This document shows positions 25,441 through 38,520 of a DNA stretch of 64,000 bases, in pieces. Under the pieces are notes generated by a model, which searched no databases, had not been told where the DNA came from, and saw only the letters and a list, made by a program, of their open reading frames with translations. The DNA lies in contig CATNEN010000007.1 of assembly GCA_950097015.1 (NCBI GenBank), forward strand, positions 806,001 through 870,000. The letters run 5' to 3'. Both the position numbers and the translations under genes were made by a program. Numbering within the stretch: position 1 is the first letter of the stretch; each line of letters starts with the position of its first letter. Origin of the DNA: Macrostomum hystrix. Its lineage: Eukaryota; Animalia; Platyhelminthes.

Positions 25441-26331
25441 CTGTTCAGCAAAGAACCTCGGCCTCTCGTCGTTCTGATCAACCACCCGGACGTCAATCAA
25501 CAAGCTACCAGTCAGGGGCGGACTGCCGCCGTCCTTGGCCAGCAGTGCCAGTCTGATTCGCGAGATTCTCTCCCTGTCCAGCTCCCTGGCAACAATCAGC
25601 CTCGGCTCGAGTCGTCCGTCGCCGAGGTCTTTGGTGCCGATTCGAAAGTACGGCTCCCCCATCCCAAAGTCCTGCCCGTCAGGAGCAGGGACCAGGGTGT
25701 ACTCCCGCACCCCAAATGGTTCGGCATCGGCATCGGCGGCCAGCGGCAGGCGAAATTCCGCGCCGATGAGCGGATGCTCGTCGATGCTGAGCTGGTACTC
25801 GCTCTGCTTGAAGGCTGGCGCGTTGTCGTTAAGGTCGCGCACCCGAACAACCACCTCAATGATCTGACTGGCGTCCGGATTTTCGGAGTCGATGGCTCTC
25901 ACCTGCATCGTCAGCTGGCATTCGTCGGATCCTGACAGAGTTGCCATCGAAGTCGACAGCAGCACAGACGGCGAACGCCGACGTTGCAGTCGGCGCGGCT
26001 GTCGGCAGCACCGGTGTACCCGGTCGCACATTCGGTCCCGATCGAGGCTGACATTGGGCGCAGTGCTGACCACGCCGGTTTCCTGATCGACGACAAAGTA
26101 CACGAGGCCCGGATAAGTCTTGGGCTGGCCTTGGACAACGAAGGCGGCTCCGCGCTGCCCGCCCGAGATGCCGGTCTGTCCGGCAAGTCGCCCGATTTCG
26201 CGTGGTCGCTTCGGTGGCCGCTCGCCGAAGTCTTCGTCAGCTTCGAATGTGACGCGAAGCAGGGCGTAACTGGTCAGCGGGAGCAGCAGCAGAGACAGGA
26301 GGAAGTGAAGTCTTGCACCGGCTGAGTACAT
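25441..26331 (-). CDS. Protocadherin exon 1 (signal peptide, EC1, EC2)
   Basis: ATG 26331 followed by hydrophobic FLLSLLLLPLTSYA; LDRD.MC, DLNDNAP, LDRE, DQNDERP; donor CAG|GTCGGT phase 0. Confidence 0.92.
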
Positions 26332-27381
26332 GATCTGGCTGCTTGCGAAGTTAAACTGCTTTAAGCAGCCTGCGAATTGGGATTCTACGTATGATAAATT
26401 TGGAGACTTCAACAAGCAAATTAGTGCTCGATATGTATATGAGAGGCACCTTCTACTCTTCCACTCAGCTCTACCGAGCACCCTCCCAGTTGAGCTGTTT
26501 CCTCTCCGCCAACCAGAGCAGTCAGGTTGCTCTCATTGGCTCAAAGTGTTCTGGGTCAAGACTGAGAGCCAAAAGTCATGCACAGCTGCGTCTAAATTCA
26601 AATGCGCTACTCAAAGCAATGTGTCTAGCCCCCATCTGATCAGCATGTTTCTCATTCGTTGTGAAAGCAATGCTCCAGCGGTTTCTCTATGCTCAATTTG
26701 TTTGATAGAGAGAGAACAGGTACGCGTCCCGTGTCACAGTTTGATGTAGCGAAGCTCTGGCCCAGGAAACAAAACAAAGTTGGAAAAGACACCGCCGCGG
26801 AACAGCAGAACATCAAATTTCAGCCGCTCAAATGGTGGCCGGGCATGAAATCTAGGCCAGGGGATTATTTCGGCAAGAAATCGTACCAAAAGCACGACTT
26901 CCTCTTCCCAATAATGTCGCTATATCTTTCTTCCAACCGCGCGGCTCTGAAAGTGGGACACTGGGCTTATGAAATAGAACCTGTTTCTTTATTAATTGCT
27001 TCACAATCTGCATCCACTCAGGCAGACTTCCTGCTTTGTTCGTCTCGCATGTGACTGGAAATAACTAGAAAAAGTTTCTTTGTCATATTCGAGTTGGCTT
27101 GATTCATTATTATGAGAGCTTCTCTTGAGCTTTTTGTTCGTTTTGTTCTGAGACTTTTTATGAGACTGATAGTCGTAACCAGGAGATTCATATACTTTAT
27201 TAATAGCTAACGTGATTTTGGAATGCCATGCGATTTTAATAAATTAAAACTACAGACTCATACATTCCTGCATAATCGGCCTGGGACTAAACTGTAGAAA
27301 GAAACTTACTTGTCAAATGTTTTCCCTTTACGAGTACCACATCCGTGGGCTGTTTTCCAAAAACATCCCGAATATAACATG

Positions 27382-27708
27382 CAAAAGTTCGCATATTTTT
27401 CCTGCGATAACATGTTACCGTGTTACAGAATTCGAGCATTTCTATGAAAGTAAATCGTGAAAGCAAACGTATAAATTGTATTTTCTATAGTATTCTATAG
27501 TATTCTATATACTAGTCTATAGTATTCTATAGTATTTGTATACATTTCTACATTTCTTAAGTATTTTGACATATTTTAAGCCGCAGAAAGTATTCATTAA
27601 TATAAATTATGTTTTTAATTTATTATTTATTGTTACGTTTATAATAAATTATAATGTAACTGTAACACGGTAACATATGTTATCGCAGGATAAATATGCG
27701 AACTTTTG
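27382..27708. mobile_element. MITE-like fold-back element with about 47-bp inverted arms
   Basis: 27382-27428 is the reverse complement of 27660-27708 (1 mismatch, 2-bp indel); AT-rich spacer; no TSD seen. Confidence 0.6.
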
Positions 27709-29068
27709 TTGCGAACTTTTATGCGATATGCGAACATCCCCATTTAGCGTCAGTGGTAAATTAACTGTATACATATTCTATACTTTAATTTGCTTTAATT
27801 TAATCAAATATGAACAATAAGCTAAGCAACAATCTCAATGCAGTAGCATAGTACATGTATTAAGAAACCAGTGAACTACAGAAGGCTAGCGCCTTATCCT
27901 GTTAAGTACGAGCGCGTAATATTTGTTTGTAAGTAATGTTTTATTTTAGTGCATCTGCAATTTTGGAATGCTAAAATTCGTGAGAAAGTATAGTATATTA
28001 TAAGTACTGTAAAATATGCTACAATTTATAACAAATCCAAACGATTTCAAACGTGTTAAATATGTTAGCTATATATATACGTAGAAATCACGATTAGCAG
28101 AAATGTTATTGTAGGAAAAGATTCACACATTCAAAGCACAATGTAAACAGAATTTGTTTAAAAATGTTAACAGAAGACAATATAAAAGCGACAATCATAA
28201 AGGGTTTGTAATTTGCTAACATTATAGGCTCATCGCAAAGTATAACAAAAATACTTGTTTAAATACAAATACAGTTGAACAAAGCTGGTCAGTAATTTTT
28301 TCAGCAGTAAAAATTGTCAAACTTAAAATAAAGTTCTTTTAAAAACTGAAATACGCTTTTCGGGGAATTTCTTTTATAAATCATAATAAATACTTCGGCG
28401 AACACGAGTCAAGAGACTTATTCTAAAAAACAAAAAGAATATATTTTGCTTGTGCTACTCATAGTGCAGTTGAGTACAATTGTAGATGCTAGTTGAAGAA
28501 ACATTCTGTTTAACATGAGGTGTTCAAAATATTACTTAAAGTAGTAAATTAGTTGATACTTAAAGTAGTACATTCACTGAAGAGTCGCTATTGTTGTTTA
28601 ATTTAGATAATAACTAATTGAAAATTTTCTAAAATACCGTCTTATCCCCTTAAATTATTTTCTTATAAGGTCTGTTAGTCTTAGAATGCACCACTTAAAG
28701 TTCCCATCGTTGCTGTCACTAATTTATTTTTAGTGACAAGCCATGTATTTAATTTTTATCGTAGGCCTCGATCAAACCTTAATACCATGGAAATACGCTA
28801 CTCGCATTTACATGTACCAGCTCAGCATTATAATTAGTTCATACTGTAACATTTGATTATGTTTTTCACGCTTTACTGCAATATTTTGAATTCGCACTAA
28901 CATTACGGCTAAAATCGTTGTTCCGCAAAAAGTTGTTTAAGCCCAAAAAATTGCGATTCAAAAAATTGAAATTATTTCGTTATCCGATTAAACAATTAAA
29001 ACGCCACAATTTAAAATCATTGAAAACGTACGAAATTTATGTTCCTGAAAATTAATAAACTATAGCAA

Positions 29069-29672
29069 TTAGTACCCGCCGTAGCTCTGGTTTACTGGAA
29101 TTCTGGGCAGGCGGCCGCTGTGAGTGCTCTGCACTCCTCCGCTCACGTTGCTGAAGTTGTCAAACCGCGCGGCTGGTCCACCCGTGACGGAGTACGGCTG
29201 CAGCTGGTGCATCGGCTGTGCATCGTTTCCGGCTTTGCTTGCACTTCCCGTTGGCGCGTAGGGCGAATCGAAGCCGCTGGAGGCCGGCTTGGACTGGCTT
29301 CTGGCCAGGGCCACGCCGATGAGGTTAGTGCCGGCTGCGGCAAGGCAGGTGCTGAACGCGGCCAAGGCGATGTAATAAGAAGCGCCAGGTGTCACTCGGG
29401 TCGCCAGCTGCAGATTGGAAGGCCAGGCATTGTATATGGAGATTGCAGCTGTGGCAGCCGCCGTGGTGCCCTTGATCGGCGGCAGCAGCTCGCGCATCAG
29501 GGTGTTGTTGAAGGTGATTAGAGCGCCAAACTGCAGGCCGGCTGCCAGCAGACTCAGGCCCACCGGGGCCACCAGGCCCGTGTAGTCGGCTGCCCTGGCT
29601 AGGCAGAGCACGCAGACCAGCAGAGCCACGCACAGAACGCAACCTGAGGCAATGTGCAGCCCGATGTGCAGC
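29069..29672 (-). CDS. Claudin/PMP22/EMP-superfamily tetraspan protein, exon 2 (TM2-TM4 and tail)
   Basis: Acceptor CTTGACAG|G phase 2; three hydrophobic segments; GASYYIA before TM4 is typical of the superfamily. Confidence 0.85.
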
Positions 29673-29760
29673 CTGTCAAGGATTGAGAGAGTTTCGATTT
29701 GCGCCTGAAGACCTGAAGCTTATTTCGTTCGTTTTTTATTCTGTTTTTTGACACCTTCAT

Positions 29761-30060
29761 TATGTACAATTATCTAATTCATCAGCCCTTGCCCAGGCTC
29801 TTTCTATCAAAGCATGTACATTTATCTGATTCATCAGCCCTTGCCCAGGCTCTTTCTATCAAAGCATGTACATTTATCTGATTCATCAGCCCTTGCCCAG
29901 GCTCTTTCTATCAAAGCATGTACATTTATCTGATTCATCAGCACTTGCCCAGGCTCTTTCTATCAAAGCATGTACATTTATCTGATTCATCAGCCCTTGC
30001 CCAGGCTCTTTCTATCAAAGCATGTACATTTATCTAATTCATCAGCCCTTGCCCAGGTTC
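29761..30060. repeat. 52-bp tandem repeat, about 5.7 copies, in the claudin-like intron
   Basis: CATGTACATTTATCTGATTCATCAGCCCTTGCCCAGGCTCTTTCTATCAAAG repeated. Confidence 0.93.
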
Positions 30061-30224
30061 TTCCTTTCCTTGCATGACAGTTATGCGATCCACAAACCCA
30101 CTCTCATGTCCCTTACCGGAATATACATTTAAGCTATGTCAACACAGCCTAGTGTTCACTCAAGACCACCACCCCACTCCGCGTATCGATTGGCCCAACG
30201 TCGCGCCGGTTCTTTAAGACTCAC

Positions 30225-30571
30225 CGCCGCAGTACCAGGATGGTTTCCGCTTCCGAACCCAGGTAGCTGGCCATGCTGCTGTTGATATTGCCGCCTAGAT
30301 CCAAGTCCAGGCAGCTGCTGTACTTCACCTGGGCAGCGAAGGCTGCCGCGGACAGCGGCGGAGACGTGACTTCCCACAGGCAGGTGAGGAATGCTCCCCT
30401 GCTGCGGTTATAATACTCTAAGCCAGTGAAATTTGACAAGCCGCTGCGATCCACTTCAAAGTTCAGCCAGTAGGGAATCGCCAGCGAGACAATGTTGAGC
30501 ACAATGGCTGCCAGAAGAGCTGCCACGGCCAGGAAGCCGACAAGCCTACTAGCAAAGCTGCCTTTCTGCAT
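30225..30571 (-). CDS. Claudin/PMP22/EMP-superfamily tetraspan protein, exon 1 (TM1 and first extracellular loop); spliced product about 316 aa
   Basis: TM1 then PYW...RGAFLTC...C (variant of W-GLW-C-C); donor CG|GTGAGT phase 2 matches exon 2. Confidence 0.85.
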
Positions 30572-31151
30572 ATTCTGATAGAAATCGCTGAAGCTATGCG
30601 AGTGAGAGCTAGCAGGCGTTGCCTTCTTCAGGTCGGTGCTTTTTATGGGCGGGAATGCTCAAACCCCAAGCACAGTCTCCACTGCAGCCTCAAACCTTCA
30701 GCCCATTGTCTTGAGAGTAGAATGACATTCTTGTGTGTGGCCTGTCTTGAAATATTTAGGCTATTAGATGGGCTGCGCTGTGACTGTTCTCAACTCCGCT
30801 CTAGGACCTTGAGGGCATGTCTCTGTGTGCATCAATTTCTTTACTTCTTAACCCAATAGCGACCATGTTTGGTACCTGTGTGTCCCTTGAGCTGTGCCCC
30901 CGGTTGGCCGAAAAATAACAGCTCAACACTAATCTCAACACTAACTCAGCATTTCCGACCCGAGTTAGACAGAGATAGAGAAAAAGCAGGAAATGAAAAT
31001 TGAATAGAAAATGAGAAACGACCTGCGCACTGCGTGCTTTCAGAATGCAAAATTAAAAATACTTTCTTCTACTCATAGTAGTAAAATGCACTCAGACACT
31101 GATTGAGAATTAGGTCTACTTGTAATCTTGTAAAAACTGAAATCTGATAAG

Positions 31152-31255
31152 GCAGACGGACAGACAGACAGACACACAGCACAGACGGACAGACAGACAG
31201 ACACACAGCACAGACAGACAGACAGACAGACACACAGCACAGACAGACAGACAGT
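31152..31255. repeat. (GACA)n-type compound microsatellite
   Basis: Direct reading. Confidence 0.9.
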
Positions 31256-32016
31256 CAAAATGACTGTGGGGTCAAAAAGCGGTCTAATCTTGATTTCAGA
31301 ATTAATTCAATCACTGAAACAGTTGAAGACCGAATTCGGAAGGCAAATTATTGGCTAAAATTCTGAAAACGCATAGTTAAAACTTTCCTTCTTCAAGCGT
31401 GGGAAAGTTTTTAAGCATTTTTCAATCTCAAATTAATTAATTGCCAGAAGAAATCCCGCTTAAAAGTTCCCCCAGAAGTAGTAGCCCTTCCACTCCCTGA
31501 TTTACCGTGCCGTGCACTTTATTCCCATGAGAATGAGGCATCTAACACGATTGATATCCATTTCCTCTCTCCCTAGGGAATCTCTCACTAATACATTCTC
31601 CCACGAGTCGTCTATCTTGAGTCTTGGGCAATCGGGGGGGATTTTGATCAAAGTTTTTTGCCTAGATTTATCCCATGAAAAGCACAAAGAAAATTGCGGT
31701 TAAGCGATGCATAATCAGAAGTTTGTCTGCTTGTGCGACGAATCAAAAAAATTAATTGCGTTGCCTAGAAATACTGGAGTCCCTGCGCCTGGAGTCAAAG
31801 AACCTTTGTACATGGCACGATTTGTAGGATTTTCATATTCATTGTTAATCACCACAAACTGACACATTCTATTACAAAAGCAAATTAGCTTTTTTTAATA
31901 AATTGATTTCGATTCTTTGGATTTGATTTGATTTAGACTAAAGTCCTTTGAGGACATTGTCGAGTACAATGACAACGAATCATTTGACGAATTGAAGTTT
32001 TTACAATGTCTACAAC

Positions 32017-33105
32017 CAATGCCCCCCAGTAGGCAACCAATGTCCCCCCAGCAGGCAACCAATGTCCCCCCAGCAGGCAACCAATGCCCCCCAGCAGGCA
32101 ACCAATGCCCCCCAGCAGGCAACCAATTTCCCCCCCGCGTAGGCAACCAATGCCCCCAGCAGGCAACCGATGCCCCAAGCAGGCAACCAATGCCCCCCAG
32201 CAGGCAACCAATGCCCCCCAGCAGGCAACCAATTTCCCCCCCGTAGGCAACCAATGTCCCCCCAGCAGGCAACCAATGCCCCCCAGCAGGCAACCAATTT
32301 CCCCCCAGCAGGCAACCAATTTCCCCCCCGTAGGCAACCAATGCCCCCCAGCAGGCAACCGATGCCCACCCCAGCAGGCAAGCAATGTCTCCCCAGCAGG
32401 CAAGCAATGTCTCCCCAGCAGGCAAGCAATGTCCCCCCAGAAGGCAAGCAATGCCCCCCAGCAGGCAACCAATGCCCCCCAGAAGGCAACCAATGCCCCC
32501 CAGCAGGCAACCAATGCCCCCCAGAAGGCAAGCAATGTCCCCCCAGAAGGCAAGTAATGCGCCCCCAGCAGGCAACCAATGCCCCCCAGCAGGCAACCAA
32601 TGTCCCCCCAGCAGGCAACCAATGCTCCCCCAGCAGGCAACCAATGCCCCCCCAGCAGGCAACCAATGCCCCCCAGAAGGCAACCCTTGCCCCCCAGCAG
32701 GCAACCAATGCCCCCCAGAAGGCAAGCAATGTCCCCCCAGAAGGCAAGTAATGCGCCCCCAGCAGGCAACCAATGCCCCCCAGCAGGCAAGCAATGTCCC
32801 CCCAGCAGGCAACCAATGTCCCCCCAGCAGGCAACCAATGCCCCCCCAGCAGGCAACCAATGCCCCCCCAGCAGGCAAGCAATGTCCCCCCAGCAGGCAA
32901 CCAATGTCCCCCCAGCAGGCAACCAATGCCCCCCCAGCAGGCAACCAATGCCCCCCCAGCAGGCAAGCAATGTCCCCCCAGCAGGCAACCAATGTCCCCC
33001 CAGCAGGCAACCAATGCCCCCCCAGCAGGCAACCAATGCCCCCCCAGCAGGCAAGCAATGTCCCCCCAGCAGGCAACCAATGCCCCCTCAGCAGGCAAAC
33101 AATTT
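32017..33105. repeat. 20-21-bp minisatellite CCCCCAGCAGGCAACCAATG
   Basis: Direct reading; ORFs open in many frames on both strands. Confidence 0.96.
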
Positions 33106-33581
33106 ACTGAATCAATCAATTTTACTTCTCATTTTTGTCTTTCAGTTATTTGCTGAAATTTGTTTCTAAACTATGTTGCAAATTCAAATACCTTTAGCTT
33201 GCTTAAACAGAATTTAAATTTAATCGACGAAGGCATTGGTTTTGAAATTTTAGCGAAAAAATGTAACATGACAGAGCTCTTGAAATATAACATTCTGCCA
33301 ATCCGACTGCAATACAAACACTCCTACATCTCCTTTATAGTCATCCCATGTCTGATGTCTGTTTGCACAATGCGCCTTTCCTAAATGCATTTTACTGCTT
33401 TAAGTTGATGTGCAAATCGAGAAAGCCAGTGTACCATCCCTTGGGGGTTGATGGGCTGTTTGCGATTCCACTTCTGTTGTTGATTTCGGCCCACGAAATA
33501 TTTGTACCAAACTGACCTCGCTTGGTTTAACTCGTTACCATGCACTAGCATGTACACAGGCGACATTGCATAGTAAGCAAC

Positions 33582-33748
<167 letters not shown>

Positions 33749-34264
33749 GAAAGTGGGGAAAAAAGTTTGCAACTTAGCTAGTCCGGGGATCTCTCTGAAC
33801 AGGACGGGATGAGTTTTATAAATTGGGCAAACGCATGTTGGGCTGTCGGGTAGGCGAGAGGACTCAATCAGGCACCGACTAGGCTGCGTGGGTGTGAGCA
33901 CACTCAAACTAGTGCTGAGAGGGCCTGGGAATAAGAAAAATAAATGAGCATGGCGATGAGCAGACAGACCGATGGAGCTGCTGCTGCGTGAATCTGAAGC
34001 TGTCACGGCATTGCTGCAGTAAATTGCATATTATGCGAAGCAAGCAGAAAGATTGGGCAAAGGTAGAAAGTAAGCTAGCAAAAAGCCTGTCGAGTGGAGA
34101 ATCACAGACCTGATGCTAATGACAGAACTGGGAACTGCCCCTCCTGTGCTGGAATAGAAGATAAATGTATAGAAAATATAATTAGAGAAGCCAGTCATTG
34201 CACAGCATCTACTTTTCTCCAAACAGGCACCTGTGCACAGCCTACATTTGGATAATTTCCAGGA

Positions 34265-34548
34265 GTCTGTGTTACTGAGTCTTTGTTACTGATTCTGTGG
34301 GTTACTGAGTCTGTGGGTTACTGAGTCTGTGGGTTACTGAGTCTGTGGGTTACTGAGTCTGTGGGTTACTGAGTCTGTGGGTTACTGAGTCTGTGGGTTA
34401 CTGAGTCTGTGGGTTACTGAGTCTTTGTTACTGAGTCTGTTGGTTACTGATTCTGTGGGTTACTGAGTCTGTGGATTACTGATTCTGTGGGTTACTGATT
34501 CTGTGGGTTACTGATTCTTTGGGTTACTGAGTCTGTGGGTTACTGACT
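34265..34548. repeat. 16-bp minisatellite GTGGGTTACTGAGTCT
   Basis: Direct reading. Confidence 0.93.
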
Positions 34549-35425
34549 CTTAACGAGATGGTACACGTTAATTTTCTACGCATTTGCTTCATTCTAAAGG
34601 CATTAAATATTCGAAAAAGCAGTAATTTTCTGCTATACTTTTAAGGTCATTTTTACATCTTTAGTATAGGGCCTGACACTGTCTGTTTTATTTCATTGCT
34701 ACGGTGCTTTTCCTCACCCGCGCGTGCGTTAGTAGCACAGATGTCCGATTCTCTCAATTGAATGGGATTGCGTCACTGCTTTTCTCGCCCGCAAGTGTAT
34801 TAGCAGAACAGAGGGCCCGATACCGCCACTGAATGGGATTGCGTCACTGTTTTTAGCACCCGTACGTGCGTTTATATTTTTGTCTCTTGTCTGATTGAGT
34901 GATTTGATTTGAATAAGAAAAACAAACTGTCAAACCTTGTCTCGACTTCGATCATTGTGCCGCTTTCTTTTCATATAGCTCTGAAGTAAAGTACTTTTAT
35001 TATTTTGCTGAATGCGGGTCAAATTTCAGCATCAGTTTTGATACTGCTTCTTTTTCTTCTAATCTTCTATCATCAACAGTGAAAAACGTATAAGTTCCTG
35101 TTGATTGTTTTTTTATTTGGCTTTTTTGGTTCGAGTATAAATAGTAAGCGCTTAGCTAATGTTAAAGCGAATATTTGTTTGTTTTTTTATTACTCTTCAA
35201 TAACTCAATTAACTCAATCAGGGGATGCATTATCAGGGAATAGCATGTATTAACGAGGGTGTAGCATGAATTATCGAGGGAAAAGCATAAATTGAGGAGG
35301 TAGCATGCTTTGTCGACGGATAGCATGATATATCAACGGGGTAGTATGATTTGTCGAAGAGATATCAGGAAAAAAATAATAGTTTCTATGTAATTCATTT
35401 TTTTCTTTTCTTCAAAGCGTGATTT

Positions 35426-35735
35426 CCCCCCCAAAGGGGGTATTGGTTGCTAGTCTAATATACCAAAAAAGAAAATCTTGCTTGCTTGCTTGCTTGCTTG
35501 GTTGTAATTGATTTTCTCCCGAACGGCTCAACCGATTTTCACCATTTCTTCACCAAAAGATGCCAAATATGTGGACAATTATACACGTATTTTTTTATTG
35601 AGCTTAACTTCATTGCTAAGGGGATTAAATATTCGAAAAACTGTTTTAGATGGGATTTTTAGATAGGAAATTGGTTCTCTGCTGCTGGGGGGACATTGGT
35701 TATTTGCTGCTGAGGGGACATTAGTTCTCTGCTGC
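35426..35735. mobile_element. Possible non-autonomous Helitron/Helentron (HINE/DINE-like) fragment
   Basis: CCCCC-CAAA-GGGGG hairpin then CTAG-T; (CTTG)n followed by CTCCCGAACGGCTCAACCGATTTT; segment 35582-35642 recurs near 34563-34625. Confidence 0.35.
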
Positions 35736-36139
35736 TGCTATAGTTAAAGGCTGCCTTTTCGCATCGGCTACCGAAGGGAGCAGTGCTAGCTACAATAGCA
35801 CAGTTGCACATAGAATAGAACAACAACTGATTTAATTAGCCGAAGCCCTGTGGATTGGAACAAGCGAGAGTTCGCGTCATGCATGAAAATGGAGAACAGC
35901 GAGAGTTGGGTGGGGGAAATTAGCGAGTTACATCTTTGTGAGCAGAGTAGGGAGATGCGTGCCGAGCATGGCTTGAGTAGGTGACTTAACGAGCCTACTG
36001 AGTTTGCGAGGGAGTGGAATGAGAAGCGTTTGAGAATGGGGCGGTGAAGTTGCTGACGTGAGAGAAAAAAAGCAGATTGCAGTTCAGAGTGAATTTCTAG
36101 ATTTAAAGACAGTAGGTTGGACTTGAAGAGACATGGAGA

Positions 36140-36350
36140 GATAAGGAGAGATTAGGAGAGATTAGGAGAGATTAGGAGAGATTAGGAGGGATTAGGAGAG
36201 ATTAGGAGAGATTAGGAGGGATTAGGAGAGATTAGGCGAGACAGAGAAAGAAAGGGACAGATAAGATGATAAATAAAGAGATAAGGAGAGAGAGGGAGAG
36301 ATTAGGAGAGGAAGGGAGAGATAAGGAGAGATTAGGAGAGATAAGGAGAC
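36140..36350. repeat. 10-bp repeat ATTAGGAGAG
   Basis: Direct reading. Confidence 0.85.
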
Positions 36351-36824
36351 ACTGGAAGAGATAGGCCCAATGACCCAGCACAAGACGTCGAGAAGGATAG
36401 TGTGGGTATCAGAATAAGATCATGTCATTTCAGATACGATGAAGGAGAGAAAACTACATTGTCTGCCTGAATGGCTGATCTGACGACAAGCAGCGGAAAA
36501 GCAGGTGTCAAGAATTGAGCAGCTAAAAGTACAGCGGACATAACTTGTATCAAATCAGATCTGACAGCTTTGATCTGTCGGGAAAATGCGAGGAGTAAGT
36601 CTGCTTTTTAGAAGCTTAAGACAGAAGGGGATAAACCGGGATGAAACGATATTAGAAATATTATGAAAAAATATTAGAAACGACTTATCCTTATGAGGTG
36701 CTGCATAAGTAAAATAATTATAATTAGTAACTGAAATTCATTAGCAAAATTTGCTAGTTAGGAAGAACAGACTCTGACTAGATTGAAGAAACGGATGAAA
36801 AAATTAGAAATTGAATGAGAAAGA

Positions 36825-38520
36825 AGAACCTCTGATAAGAAAGAGGAGACGCTGATAAGAAAGGAGAACCCCTGATGAGAAAGAAGAACCCCTGATGAGA
36901 AAGGAGAACCTCTGATGAGAAAGGGGAGCCTCTGATGAGAAAGAAGAACCTCTGATGAGAAAGAAGTACCTCTGATGAGAAAGGGGAGCCCCTGATGAGA
37001 AAGAAGAACCCCTGATGAGAAAGGAGAACCTCTGATAAGAAAGGAGAACCTCTGATGAGAAAGAAGAACCTCTGATGAGAAAGAAGAACCTCTGATGAGA
37101 AAGAGGAGCCTCTGATGAGAAAGAAGAACCCCTGATGAGAAAGGAGAACCTCTGATAAGAAAGAGGAACCCCTGATGAGAAAGAAGAACCCCTGATGAGA
37201 AAGGAGAACCTCTGATGAGGAAGAAGTACCTCTGATGAGAAAGGGGAGCCTCTGATGAGAAAGAAGAACCTCTGATGAGAAAGAAGTACCTCTGATGAGA
37301 AAGGGGAGCCCCTGATGAGAAAGAAGAACCCCTGATGAGAAAGGAGAACCTCTGATAAGAAAGGAGAACCTCTGATGAGAAAGAAGAACCTCTGATGAGA
37401 AAGAAGAACCTCTGATGAGAAAGAGGAGCCTCTGATGAGAAAGAAGAACCCCTGATGAGAAAGGAGAACCTCTGATAAGAAAGAGGAACCCCTGATGAGA
37501 AAGAAGAACCCCTGATGAGAAAGGAGAACCTCTGATGAGAAAGAGGAACCCCTGATGAGAAAGAAGAACCCCTGATGAGAAAGGAGAACCTCTGATGAGA
37601 AAGAGGAACCTCTGATGAGAAAGAAGAACCTCTGATGAGAAAGAGGAGCCTCTGATGAGAAAGAAGAACCCCTGATGAGAAAGGAGAACCTCTGATAAGA
37701 AAGAGGAACCCCTGATGAGAAAGAAGAACCCCTGATGAGAAAGGAGAACCTCTGATGAGAAAGAGGAACCTCTGATGAGAAAGAAGAACCTCTGATGAGA
37801 AAGAAGAACCTCTGATGAGAAAGAAGAACCTCTGATGAGAAAGAGGAACCCTGATGAGAAAGAGGAACCCCTGATGAGAAAGGAGAACCTCTGATGAGAA
37901 AGAAGAACCTCTGATGAGAAAGGAGAACCTCTGATAAGAAAGAGGAACCCCTGATGAGAAAGAAGAACCCCTGATGAGAAAGGAGAACCTCTGATGAGAA
38001 AGAGGAACCTCTGATGAGAAAGAAGAACCTCTGATGAGAAAGAAGAACCTCTGATGAGAAAGAAGAACCTCTGATAAGAAAGAAGAACCTCTGATGAGAA
38101 AGAAGAACCTCTGATGAGAAAGAAGAACCTCTGATGAGAAAGAAGAACCTCTGATAAGAAAGAAGAACCTCTGATGAGAAAGAAGAACCTCTGATGAGAA
38201 AGAAGAACCTCTGATAAGAAAGAAGAACCTCTGATGAGAAAGAAGAACCTCTGATGAGAAAGGAGAACCTCTGGTGAGAAAGGAGAACCTCTGATGAGAA
38301 AGGGGAGCCTCTGATAAGAAAGAAGAACCTCTGATGAGAAAGAAGAACCTCTGATGAGAAAGGAGAACCCCTGATGAGAAAGAAAAACCTCTGATGAAAA
38401 AGGAGAACCTCTGATGAAAAAGGAGAACCTCTGATGAGAAAGGGGAGCCTCTGATGAGAAAGAAGAACCTCTGATGAGAAAGAAGAACCTCTGATGAGAA
38501 AGAGGAACCCCTGATGAGAA
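36825..38520. repeat. 20-bp minisatellite GAGAAAG(A/G)(A/G)GAACC(T/C)CTGAT, about 85 copies
   Basis: Three units per line; minus strand stop-free in all frames. Confidence 0.97.

Noticed and set aside
26332-26481. 50-aa N-terminal extension of the protocadherin ORF
   Set aside because: Starts at a non-ATG codon; the ATG at 26331 directly precedes the signal peptide
31895-33169. Gln/Pro/Cys-rich and Gly/Trp-rich ORFs resembling adhesive or structural proteins
   Set aside because: Open in nearly all six frames, with a non-triplet unit length and no signal peptide or splice support
34759-34850. Twice-repeated GAATGGGATTGCGTCACTG with an AP-1/ATF-like core
   Set aside because: Two copies only, with no linked TSS; more simply a small duplication within repeat debris
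36825-38520. CTGA/TGATGA (snoRNA box D/C-like) words in every unit
   Set aside because: Boxes overlap within a 20-bp unit, with no terminal stem or guide region; chance match
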